Assembly (NCBI GenBank): GCA_934133005.1 | Contig: CAKPAI010000002.1 | Span: forward strand, 132,657 to 196,656 | Origin: an uncultured Clostridia bacterium | GTDB lineage: Bacteria; Bacillota; Clostridia; TANB77; CAG-508 | Direction of reading: 5' to 3' | Length of the DNA: 64,000 bases | Part shown: positions 30,535-42,200 of the stretch, piece after piece | Layout of the letters: each line of letters begins with the position of its first letter | How positions within the stretch are numbered: the first letter of the stretch is position 1 | Translations under genes and position numbers: made by a program | The notes under the pieces: model-generated | Database searches by the model: none | Told to the model about the DNA's origin: nothing | The model's input: only the letters and a program-made list of their open reading frames with translations

Positions 30535-31191
30535 CTAGTCTTTCACTACATAGTCATTTATATCTGGCTCAGAAAATACAGATTCGTCTATATTTTCAAA
30601 ATCATATTCTTTAACAGTTACACTATCTTCCCATTTTTGACCTATTAAAAGTCCTGTGTCTTTATTTATATACATTGTATTTTTTCCATTGTTAAATAAT
30701 ATATCAAAAATAGATCCATAATTTACTGCATAACATTCTTCATTATTGTAAATTGTTTTCCAAATAGTTGATGTCATTCCTGTTATAATAGCTTGTAAAT
30801 TATTTGAAAAAGCAAATTGATTTTCAACTGATGGAGCAAGAATTACGTTTTCAGTATTTATTTTAACACTTTTTTCAGTTTCAGTATTTACATACATCCT
30901 TTTACTTTCACTATACCAAGAAAGTTTTACTTTTTTTCCGTCTTTGTCAGTCTTTTCAAGAAGTGTTACTTTCTTATTGCCTTTTTTATAACTATCTATT
31001 ACTAAATCATATTCATTCATTGTTGTTACAGATTTTACATGATAATTTTCCTTACTACAATAATCCGCTGCTTCCACTTGCAAAGCTGAAAGTATAACAA
31101 AATTTCTTCCTGTATGCAATACTAATAATACCAATATTACTAAAACTACAATTCCTACAATTTGGGGCCATTTTCTTTTTTTCTTCTCCAT
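30535..31191 (-). CDS. hypothetical membrane-anchored protein (last gene of F1-like ATPase locus)
   Basis: N-terminal TM (IVGIVVLVILVLLVL), otherwise no recognised motif. 23-nt gap from the upstream gene. Confidence 0.5.
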   Translation of the reverse strand: MEKKKRKWPQIVGIVVLVILVLLVLHTGRNFVILSALQVEAADYCSKENYHVKSVTTMNEYDLVIDSYKKGNKKVTLLEKTDKDGKKVKLSWYSESKRMYVNTETEKSVKINTENVILAPSVENQFAFSNNLQAIITGMTSTIWKTIYNNEECYAVNYGSIFDILFNNGKNTMYINKDTGLLIGQKWEDSVTVKEYDFENIDESVFSEPDINDYVVKD

Positions 31192-31214
31192 AATAATCCT
31201 CTTTTCTTTAGTTT

Positions 31215-32024
31215 TTAATATTTATATTCTTTTAAATCATTTATGCTTTTTATCAATAATTGCTCTCCTTTTGATGTTGAAAGTGAGTCAATACTCATAT
31301 TTATTGAATATTTATTTGATATTCCTGTTGCAAGTACATCAAATTTTAAAGATTCATCATCATTTATTGTTATATAATCATCTTTTTCATAATCATAAAT
31401 TTCGATGCTTGTTCTATAATTTACAATAGCATATGATAATGGTGAAACAACATATTGATTTGCACCTATAGTAATAGTAGTAGTTTCTAAGAAAAAGTAC
31501 ATATCATTTCCATCATATAAAAAACTTCCGTTTACTTCTTCTTGATTATTCTTATTAAACTTTTTAATTTTTGATGTATAATTTTCTCTTATTATATTAG
31601 TAAATTTATCTAACTTATATATATCTCCAGTTGGCATTACAAGTTCCACCTGTGCTGGAATTAAAGCCTTACCTAAAACATCAGTATAATACATAGGTGT
31701 TGAATCTAAATACACCGTTTTTCCACCCTCTAGTACTAATTTTATATCATCATTTATTTGCTGAACATCCATAGAACCAGAATATTCTTGCTTTATTCCT
31801 GCAAAATATTGATAATATGATCCTCCTGATAAGTTAATTTTAGTTTGACTTGATACTATTGCATTAAATATTTGATATATTATAAATACAAAAGCTATAA
31901 TCACTGCAACAAGTGCAATTCTAATTACTTTATCATTACTTCCAAATTTTTTAATTTTTCTTTTGCTCTGTGATTTCTTTATTCTGTTTGCCAACTTTAT
32001 TTGCACTTCCTTTCTCTTTCTCAA
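31215..32024 (-). CDS. hypothetical membrane-anchored protein (F1-like ATPase locus)
   Basis: Basic N-tail plus one TM. Apparent TTG start with a 74-nt out-of-frame overlap with the upstream gene; the start is uncertain. Confidence 0.45.
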   Translation of the reverse strand: MRKRKEVQIKLANRIKKSQSKRKIKKFGSNDKVIRIALVAVIIAFVFIIYQIFNAIVSSQTKINLSGGSYYQYFAGIKQEYSGSMDVQQINDDIKLVLEGGKTVYLDSTPMYYTDVLGKALIPAQVELVMPTGDIYKLDKFTNIIRENYTSKIKKFNKNNQEEVNGSFLYDGNDMYFFLETTTITIGANQYVVSPLSYAIVNYRTSIEIYDYEKDDYITINDDESLKFDVLATGISNKYSINMSIDSLSTSKGEQLLIKSINDLKEYKY

Positions 32025-32541
32025 ACTCTTTATTTACTCTATCTTCCGATATCAAATCTATATCTCTTAGGAATATGTATGCTATTAGCATTAACACAAA
32101 TACAACTAAACATGTCTTAATTGTTAAAATTACAATAGAGTACTCAATATCTGCTAAATAATTATCCATTACATATACAAAGTATATCATTACAATCTGC
32201 ATCGCTGTACAAATTACTTGGTATACAATTCTTTTTCTAGTTATTATTACGTTTATTGCCGTCAATATAACAAGCATTATAAAACATACCCACATAGAAA
32301 ATTCTTGTATTGTTATTATAGCATAACATGCCAGAAATGTCTTTAGTATGACTATAGAAATTTTTAAAATATCAATTTTTTTCATTCTCAAAAATAGTCC
32401 ATATATGAATATCTTTGATTTTTTATCTTGCCTAAAGTTTCTTATTGCTAGATAACTTATACCTCCAATAAGAAACATTAGTACTAAGAAAGATATGAGT
32501 AGCCATCTAGACTCTTGTATATAATATAATACTAGTTCCAT
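31951..32541 (-). CDS. hypothetical polytopic membrane protein (F1-like ATPase locus)
   Basis: 4-5 predicted TM helices. Follows the epsilon-like gene after a 25-nt gap. Confidence 0.5.
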   Translation of the reverse strand: MELVLYYIQESRWLLISFLVLMFLIGGISYLAIRNFRQDKKSKIFIYGLFLRMKKIDILKISIVILKTFLACYAIITIQEFSMWVCFIMLVILTAINVIITRKRIVYQVICTAMQIVMIYFVYVMDNYLADIEYSIVILTIKTCLVVFVLMLIAYIFLRDIDLISEDRVNKEFEKEKGSANKVGKQNKEITEQKKN

Positions 32542-32566
32542 ATCTTATGTTTTTAACCTTTCTTTT

Positions 32567-34190
<1,624 letters not shown>

Positions 34191-34226
34191 TTATTTTTCT
34201 TCCTCTCCTCTTTATCTTAAGAAAAC

Positions 34227-35012
34227 TTATGAATTCAAGTTTACCTTATTTATGTTATCTAGCTGTTTCTTTAAACTCTTCATTTGTCTTTCTTTACGTT
34301 CTTCTCTAGTCTTTTCTTCTTCAATTTCATCAATTTTTTTCAAAGATTCTTTTGTTATCATTTGTCTCATGATATTTTCAGAAGCATAACTATTTTCAAC
34401 AGCAACTTTTATTTCATAACCTAAATATAATGCAATTATATTTAATAATATACTGTTAATATTTCCTTCAACAGCAAAGTCATCTTGATAATCTTCTGCC
34501 TTTGCCTTTGTTTTATCTAGTGGTAATATTTTTTGCTTTACACGCTCAATTCTACTTACATTATAATAATGATTATAAACTAGGTTTATTGTTTTATATT
34601 TTTTATCTCTAATACTTTCAAACATTATTCTATTTATTTCATTATTATTTTCAAAATATTCATCTTTTGACATTGATAATAGAACATTTGAATAAGTTTT
34701 ATCCTTTATTACTTTTTTACCTATTATAATTTTATCATTTTCTGTATCTTTTTTTAGCATTTCTGTAATATTAGAATTGAAGCTTCCACAGAACCCTAAA
34801 TCATTTGCTATATAAATGTTCAGTTCTTTTCCTTGATCATTCATTTGTATCATTTTTTTATCTAATATTAAGTTACTGTTATTTAATATATTATCAATAA
34901 AATCTCTTACTGATTGTTCATATCCAGAATATTTTTCTGCTTTTTTCTTAGAAGAGTCAACTCTTAGTAGTGAATGAAAGTTCATAACTTTTACTACACT
35001 TTTTATTCTCAT
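34227..35012 (-). CDS. atpG: F1 ATPase gamma subunit homolog
   Basis: 261 aa. DLGFCGSFN (cf. DRGLCGGLN) and a C-terminal ASENIMRQM helix (cf. ASEQAARM). Confidence 0.7.
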   Translation of the reverse strand: MRIKSVVKVMNFHSLLRVDSSKKKAEKYSGYEQSVRDFIDNILNNSNLILDKKMIQMNDQGKELNIYIANDLGFCGSFNSNITEMLKKDTENDKIIIGKKVIKDKTYSNVLLSMSKDEYFENNNEINRIMFESIRDKKYKTINLVYNHYYNVSRIERVKQKILPLDKTKAKAEDYQDDFAVEGNINSILLNIIALYLGYEIKVAVENSYASENIMRQMITKESLKKIDEIEEEKTREERKERQMKSLKKQLDNINKVNLNS

Positions 35013-35030
35013 TTCCTTGTCTCCTCTCTT

Positions 35031-36365
35031 TTATTCTGCAAAATCTTCAAATCTTTCTATAATTTCTTCATTTGAAAGTGGATCGAATTTTTCTTGTCTT
35101 AATAACATTTCAATTTTCTTTCCTTCTTTTAATTTTTCTTTCAAATCTTCACTTAATTCATCAGTATTTGCAAGTTCATAAACATCTCTAGTTTCTAGAT
35201 AATTTAAAAGTTTCATTCTTACTGTTGCACCTAATTTTTTAATTTCTTTAGTTTGAACGGCACCACCAAGTCTTGATACTGAAATTCCATAGTCAATAGC
35301 TGGTTTTTGTCCTTTTAAGAATGATTTATTTGATAAAACAATTTGTCCATCTGTTATAGAAATTATATTTGTAGAAATATAGTCTGTTATATCTCCACCT
35401 TTAGTTTCAACTATTGGAAGTACTGTTATAGATCCACCATTTTTATGTTGACAGCCTTTTTCAAGAAGTCTTGAGTGTGTATAGAATATATCTGCTGGAT
35501 ATGCTTCTCTACCCGGAGTTTTGTTTGATGTTAAACTTATTTCCCTGTATATTTCAGCATGTCTTTTTAAATCATCTATTACAACTAACACATCTCTTCC
35601 TTTTTCCATGTATTCTTCCGCAATTGACATACCTACATAAGGAATTAAGCTTATTACTGGTGTTTTATCATCATTTGTTGCAACAACCATTATAGTATAG
35701 CTTAAAGCATTTCTTTTTAGTAATTCATTATAAATTGACTTTATTTCCTTTTTAGTTTTTCCTACTGCAACATATATACATATCATTTGTCCATTTCCAT
35801 CAGGTTTTACTTTTCCTTGGTTTACAATTGTATCTAGCGCAATTTGAGTTTTACCTGTTCTTTTATCTCCTAGAATTAATTGTCTTTGTCCCTTTCCTAT
35901 TGGGTATATTAAATCGATTCCAGCAATTCCTGTAAGAAGTGGTCTACATACTGCTGTTCTATCAATTATTGGAACATTTGGTTTTTCTATATCTATATAT
36001 TTATATTTTTCAAATGGTTTTCCAGATAGTTGATCTGTTCCAAATATATCTGTTATTCTTCCCATTGCATCTTCTGAGAATATTGCTCTAAATATCTCTC
36101 CTGTTGAATTAACAACATCTCCAATTTCAATTTTTGAACTTTCTTTTACTATAGCTATACTTACAGAATTTTCATATATGGCATTTACATATCCCATTCC
36201 CTTTTCCATAATTACAACTTTTTCAAAGTACATAACATTTTCTAGTCCTGCAACTTCTACTATATAGTCTTTTATCTTTATAACTTTTCCTGAATCAAAA
36301 ATATTGTTTTTTGATTTTATTTTTTCAACTTTTTCATTAACAAGATTCGTTATATGTGTTTCCAT
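35031..36365 (-). CDS. atpA: F1 ATPase alpha subunit homolog (C-terminally shortened)
   Basis: 444 aa. PIGKGQRQLILGDKRTGKTQIALDTIVNQ (Walker A), GREAYPADIFYTHSRLLEK, TNIISITDGQIVL and the arginine finger SVSRLGG. About 60 aa shorter than canonical alpha at the C-terminus. Confidence 0.85.
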   Translation of the reverse strand: METHITNLVNEKVEKIKSKNNIFDSGKVIKIKDYIVEVAGLENVMYFEKVVIMEKGMGYVNAIYENSVSIAIVKESSKIEIGDVVNSTGEIFRAIFSEDAMGRITDIFGTDQLSGKPFEKYKYIDIEKPNVPIIDRTAVCRPLLTGIAGIDLIYPIGKGQRQLILGDKRTGKTQIALDTIVNQGKVKPDGNGQMICIYVAVGKTKKEIKSIYNELLKRNALSYTIMVVATNDDKTPVISLIPYVGMSIAEEYMEKGRDVLVVIDDLKRHAEIYREISLTSNKTPGREAYPADIFYTHSRLLEKGCQHKNGGSITVLPIVETKGGDITDYISTNIISITDGQIVLSNKSFLKGQKPAIDYGISVSRLGGAVQTKEIKKLGATVRMKLLNYLETRDVYELANTDELSEDLKEKLKEGKKIEMLLRQEKFDPLSNEEIIERFEDFAE

Positions 36366-36382
36366 TTACTTTTATCCTTCCT

Positions 36383-37204
36383 TTATATACTATAATCATA
36401 GATTTTATCTCTATATTTAATAATTATTCCTTCTGACATATTATTATAAGGTTTTACAACAATATCATCATCTATTAAATCATATCTACTTTCTACATTA
36501 TTCGTGTAAATATACACTGTAGGTTCGATTTTTTCTAGTCTCTCATCTAAAGCTTCTATAAGTTTTCTTACATCAAATTTTTTCATTTGACTCATTTTTT
36601 CAAAATCAATTGTGCTTTTTTCCTTTGCAGTTAATACTTCGCTTAATACTTGTATTTGCTCATTAGGCTCTAATGTTAGTATATTATAAATAGCCTCTTC
36701 ATCAAATTTATCTCTGATTTTCTTTAATGCTTTGTATTCTTTGTTTTCGGATTCATTTCTATGCTCAGCAATAAAACTTTTTATAATCTTTTCGTTATTT
36801 ACAGTAAATACTCTTTTGACCTCTTTATAATTATTAAAAAATTGTGTCTCTCTGTAATCTGGAACATTTAAATTATATTTTATTTCTTCTGTTTGCTCTG
36901 CTTTAGCATCTTCTACTATGCTCTTTTTCTTCTTTTTACTGTTTTCTAATTCTGCAAATTCAGCTTCTTCTTCATCACTTTGTAAAATATTTTTATTAGC
37001 AGATTTTATTTCATCTATTTGTATTTTTATTTCATTTAGTTTTGATTGCTTTTCATCTAATATATAATCATAATCTTGCATCTTATTTACAAAATATTTT
37101 TTTGCATTATCATCCATTCTTTTAATAATGTTACTGAAAAGAATAAATACAAACACAAGCATTATTGCAATTAGTATCACTGCTACAATTACTAAACTTA
37201 ACAT
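36383..37204 (-). CDS. b/delta-fusion-like stalk protein: N-terminal TM + long coiled coil + OSCP/delta-like C-terminus
   Basis: 273 aa. TM at residues 1-25, then a Lys/Glu-rich helix. The C-terminal GIIIKYRDKIYDYSI resembles the delta C-terminus GGLVVRIGDKVIDGSV. It occupies the atpF-atpH position between the c-like gene and alpha. Confidence 0.55.
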   Translation of the reverse strand: MLSLVIVAVILIAIMLVFVFILFSNIIKRMDDNAKKYFVNKMQDYDYILDEKQSKLNEIKIQIDEIKSANKNILQSDEEEAEFAELENSKKKKKSIVEDAKAEQTEEIKYNLNVPDYRETQFFNNYKEVKRVFTVNNEKIIKSFIAEHRNESENKEYKALKKIRDKFDEEAIYNILTLEPNEQIQVLSEVLTAKEKSTIDFEKMSQMKKFDVRKLIEALDERLEKIEPTVYIYTNNVESRYDLIDDDIVVKPYNNMSEGIIIKYRDKIYDYSI

Positions 37205-37317
37205 ATTCTTTTCCTTTCACTTATGATATTTATATATCATATTTTATACATTAGTATTATTACATTTAGCCTATATTTGCTTAATACTAAATTAAGAAAA
37301 TATAGGCTCCTTGTTTT

Positions 37318-37575
<258 letters not shown>

Positions 37576-37618
37576 TTACCTCGGAGAAAACTTTTTTAAG
37601 CTTTCTCCTATCCTTTCT

Positions 37619-39151
37619 TTAATAATTTATTATTTTTGAACTTAAATATTTGTTTATCTCTTGTCCATTATATTTTAAATTTTGTAGTTCTATTTTTATA
37701 GCACCATTTGAAGTTTTATACTCATTTGGTATAGCAAAACTACCTGTATAACCGTTAACACCTGCTTGTTCTAGTTCACTGCTTGTAAGTGTTATAATGT
37801 TATCTGCAGTTTCTTGATTATTTACATACACTGCAATTTCGGCTCCAGAATCATACACAAATTCACTATCTAATTTTAATGAATAATATACTTTATCTGT
37901 TGATACTCTTGTAATTTTCAAACTTTCCACTGGAGATTTAGTTCTAGTTACCATAGTATCTTCAATCATTTCTTCTACAGATGCGTCTGCAAATATTGTT
38001 TTATATCCCATTTCAATATAATAGTTAGTATTTGGAGAAAGTCCTGTTACTCTATAAGATGTATTTGATTTATCAAGTGAAATATTGTATGGTGTTATAT
38101 TATCACCAGATATTCTTAGATATACAACATTATATTTACTTTCAGGGTCAGTTACTGAATAATTTACATCTATGTAAGTAACTCCTGAACTTAAACTATT
38201 TAATTTTATGCTTTTTGCAAGTGTTGCGTCATCTTTCTTGCCACTATTGCCATTATATATACTATCAAATCCTGCTGCGACATCTTTTATCCATTTATTT
38301 AAATCATCTACCCAAGTTGTATCCATTTTAGTTCCAGGAGTAATATTGCTATTATTTCCAACATTTCCTGTTGTTCCCGAACCACCATTTATAATAGTTG
38401 TAGATGAATTATTATTATTTGTAGTAGAATTAGATGCATAATTTCCACCTTGATTTGGAATTGTGTTTTGATTTTCTTCAGTATTTTTCTCTTCTTCTTT
38501 TTCTACTTTTACATACTCGTTTGTACTTCCAAGTATCCTTTTTAAATTGATTGATGCTTCTTCTTGTTTAAATGTAAGTTGTTCATTTGCAACATCAAAA
38601 TCAAAATCGCTTGTACTTATAACCATTTCATTTATAGTTTTAGCATCAATTTGGTTATTTAATAATTGAGCATTTCCTAATCTGTCCACTATTACAATTA
38701 AATAATTTTTAGTAGATAGTGAACCTGTGTTGTTTTCTATGTTTGGAGCTACTATCAAATATTTTCTATCTGCAATTTTATAAAATTTACAATCATTGGT
38801 TCCATTAATTGTATTGTAGTTGGTTAGTTTATTAACATTTCCTCCTTCGAAGACTTGGTAAAAGTCTCCGAAAAGAGTTAATGAATTTCTGTTTTTATCA
38901 AATGCTACTGAATAGCTTCCTAAATTGTATTCTTTGTCCGTTTGGCTTTCTTTTAAATAATATCCACCTGTCCATTTTTTAGACACTGTTCCTATATTTT
39001 CCAGCTCTATATAATTATAATCAGAGTCATATACACATATAGAACTTGATACTTCATACTCTGTTTTACCATTTTGCAATACTATAACTACTGCTCCTGC
39101 AAGAATTAGTAAAATTATTATTACTATAAACGTAAATATTGTAAAATTCAT
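37619..39151 (-). CDS. membrane-anchored surface protein with FN3-like domain, paralog of the N-terminal module of the giant proteins
   Basis: ORF 37619..39178 (TTG). The RBS-supported ATG at 39151 begins MNFTIFTFIVIIILLILAG (TM). KIADRKYLIVAPNIE matches KISATKYLILANNMK of the 1950-aa protein. Shared N/T/G-rich linker TNNNNSSTTIINGGSG. FN3-like LSPNTNYYIEMGYK. Confidence 0.65.
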   Translation of the reverse strand: MNFTIFTFIVIIILLILAGAVVIVLQNGKTEYEVSSSICVYDSDYNYIELENIGTVSKKWTGGYYLKESQTDKEYNLGSYSVAFDKNRNSLTLFGDFYQVFEGGNVNKLTNYNTINGTNDCKFYKIADRKYLIVAPNIENNTGSLSTKNYLIVIVDRLGNAQLLNNQIDAKTINEMVISTSDFDFDVANEQLTFKQEEASINLKRILGSTNEYVKVEKEEEKNTEENQNTIPNQGGNYASNSTTNNNNSSTTIINGGSGTTGNVGNNSNITPGTKMDTTWVDDLNKWIKDVAAGFDSIYNGNSGKKDDATLAKSIKLNSLSSGVTYIDVNYSVTDPESKYNVVYLRISGDNITPYNISLDKSNTSYRVTGLSPNTNYYIEMGYKTIFADASVEEMIEDTMVTRTKSPVESLKITRVSTDKVYYSLKLDSEFVYDSGAEIAVYVNNQETADNIITLTSSELEQAGVNGYTGSFAIPNEYKTSNGAIKIELQNLKYNGQEINKYLSSKIINY

Positions 39152-39207
39152 TTTATTTCCTGCTGCTAAGTTTCTCAAATGGTCTCACCTCCTATTTTCT
39201 ATATTCT

Positions 39208-42200
39208 CTAATTATTTTTGTTTATATATGCTGTATTATTTATTGTGCCTACTAATGTGTTTCCTACAAACAAGTTCATTTGAATTGTATACGTTCCGCT
39301 TGACTTGAATGTCTCTGGTAATATTACTTTATAATATGAAACTCCAGAATTCTCGCTATCTTCTTCTTGTCTCCACGTAGGTGTAAATGTACCACTTTGT
39401 GTTTGGCTATTCGTTAAATTATACATTGTGTATGTTATTTTATCAATTTTTGTAATATTGTAATAGCTATCATAGAATCTCATTTCACAAGAATTTTCAT
39501 TTTGTACTAATGCTGTACTTCCTATTGCAACATCTTGATCATTTTCAATCTTACTTATACTATATTTTTCTTCTTTATCTTCTGTATTTCCATCATTGTT
39601 CCTGTCATATTTTAATTTTATAACTGCTATATAGCTATAAGTTCTATAATCAATACTGCTTTGTTGTACATACACTGAGAAATTTGTTCCATAGTCATTT
39701 ATATTGAATTTTTTCTCAGTTATAGCACTTCCTCCAATTGGAGTTGAATATATTGGAACTTCATTTTCTTCTGTAAATTCTGGAGAACCTCCTTTATATC
39801 TATATACATGTAATTCATATTCTCCATATTCTTGTCCTTGAATCATTGCATCTGGATCTTGAACGGTAGTTGTTACTCTGATGTAATCAATTTCATTATT
39901 ATTTTGATTTACTTTTTGTCTTCTCATTGTCAAACCTATCTTTGGCTCCTGCAATGTATCTAAAGTAAATTCTGCTTCTTCTGTTTCAATTTCAACAAGT
40001 GCTCCATTATAAGTAACCATTGGTGTTATCTTTAATATATATTTCTTATTTATGCTGAATGTATTATAATCTGGACTTATTGATATTTTTTCATTTATAG
40101 CATTTATTAAGTTTTCTGTTTCATATTTTGCATTAGTTACAATAAGCTCTCCATTTTCATTTATCTCATATTTTGAATTTTCGCCTCTAACTACATTATT
40201 ATCAGTAAGTGGTACTAATGTTGTACCATCAGCTTCATAGAATGCATATTTTGTAAATTCATACATATTTGACCTGTTTTGAGTTATTTTATAATCTATG
40301 TCTATATACTTTTCTTTATATTTTACAGCATCATACTTAATTGATATTGAATTAATTCCTATAGTTGCTAATGTTTCAAATTGATAAACAGCTCCAACTT
40401 CTTTTGTATCCATATCATATAAATATACATCGCTTACACCATCATTGTATCTGAATCTTATATAGTAATATTCAGCAGGTGATAAATCATCTAATACTAT
40501 AGTATTTTCAAATTCATTTTCTTGTAATAATTTTGTTATTACTGTATCACTTTTCCAATTTGGTTTAGCATCTTTATCTTTTGTATGGTATATCTCTATC
40601 GTTATTCCACCTGGAATTGTCATACTATTTGGTTTTATAAGTGAAGCACTAATTTCTGCTTTCTTTATACTTGTTTCTATTTTATTCATTTTTATTCCAG
40701 CTCTTAAACTTTGAATTGAAATAGTTTTTTCTGTTGCAAATTCTGTTTTTGCAATTTCTTTTTGAGTTATTATCATATCATTTTGTTTTAAGCCAGATTC
40801 AGTATATTGCATACTTAAAGTTACACCAGCAGTTCCATTGTTTATTGCATCAATGTTTGATATTCCAAGTCTTGCTTCGCTATTCTCTGCTGAGAAAGAA
40901 TAGTTATACATATTTCCTCCAATTTTATCTACTACTTCAAAGTTTGCATCATTTAAAGCTACATATGCGCCATTTGCATTTGTATATGCTGAATATTCAA
41001 ATGCATTTGTAGGAGCATATCCAATTACTCCATCATCATAATATAGAATTACTTCTATATTTGATTGTTTTCCTATAAAACTATCAAAATTACTATTTGT
41101 AGCTGCAAGTTCTAGTAAATCAACATCAAAGTAATAGTTATCATCATCGTTCACTTTTAATAACTTACTTGTCATTGTTTCTCCATTTTGTGTAAATTTA
41201 ACTTGAGCTGCTGCAATTCTTGAAGCTTTATCTCCGCTGAGCTTTAACCTAATACTATTAGGACTTTTATCATTATCATAAGCTATGCTTTCAATACTCA
41301 CATCATTACAATTTACAATTCCTTCAAATTTTTGTGTAACCATTGTTACAGTTTGATATACTTTTCCATTTTTTGCTTTATTTACGTTTTTATTATAGCT
41401 TAATGTAAATGTAACATTTTTCTGTGGTATATATATGCTTAGATTATCTAATTTTCCATCAGTTTTTACTTGAATATCACTATTTTGTATTGAACCATTT
41501 ACAGCAAGTATTAAATGAGCATATTCTCTTGTATCATTTTCGTTATATTGTAGAGCCGCATCCACATCTTTGCAAGAATATTTGTATGTTACTGTCGTAT
41601 CATCAGATGTTATTGGATACATTACAAAACTTGGATCTTGTTTTTGTGGATATAATATTTCTGTCTTTAATGTTTGTGTTGTATATTTTGAACTACCATC
41701 ATCTTCAGTTATATTAAGTGGCCATATTATATCATTTCCATTATTATCAGTATATGTTACTGTATATGAGAAGATATATCCATCACCTCTATGCAATTTT
41801 CCTGTTTCATTATCTTTTTCGATTGTATCAATTGTACCATAATCCAATTCGAATATTGCTGATGGAGCTTTATCTTGTGTCACAAAATTTAGTGTTTGTT
41901 TTAATTGTACTCTATTTCCATTATCGTCTGTTACATATTTTCCACTCTCATCTTTTTCATATATTGGATTTCCTTCAGCATCCCATACATAATATGTTAC
42001 AGATTTAGCACTTAAAGAACCAGTATTTGCAAACTTAGTTGATACAAAGTATCCAACTGCTGTGTTGTCTAATAAATTACTATCTTTTTCTAGACCATAT
42101 CTATTGGCTTCAGCATTTGTAATTACAGTAGCTGTTGGTCTTGCAGTATCTTCTGTAATATCTGCAGTCGTTCCTTTTCCTTTCACTATTATATATGCTG

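Noticed and set aside
31951-32541. 196-aa polytopic membrane protein as a diverged subunit a
   Set aside because: It is in the wrong position (after epsilon), is too short, and shows no recognisable conserved Arg-containing TM4 motif. Left as hypothetical.
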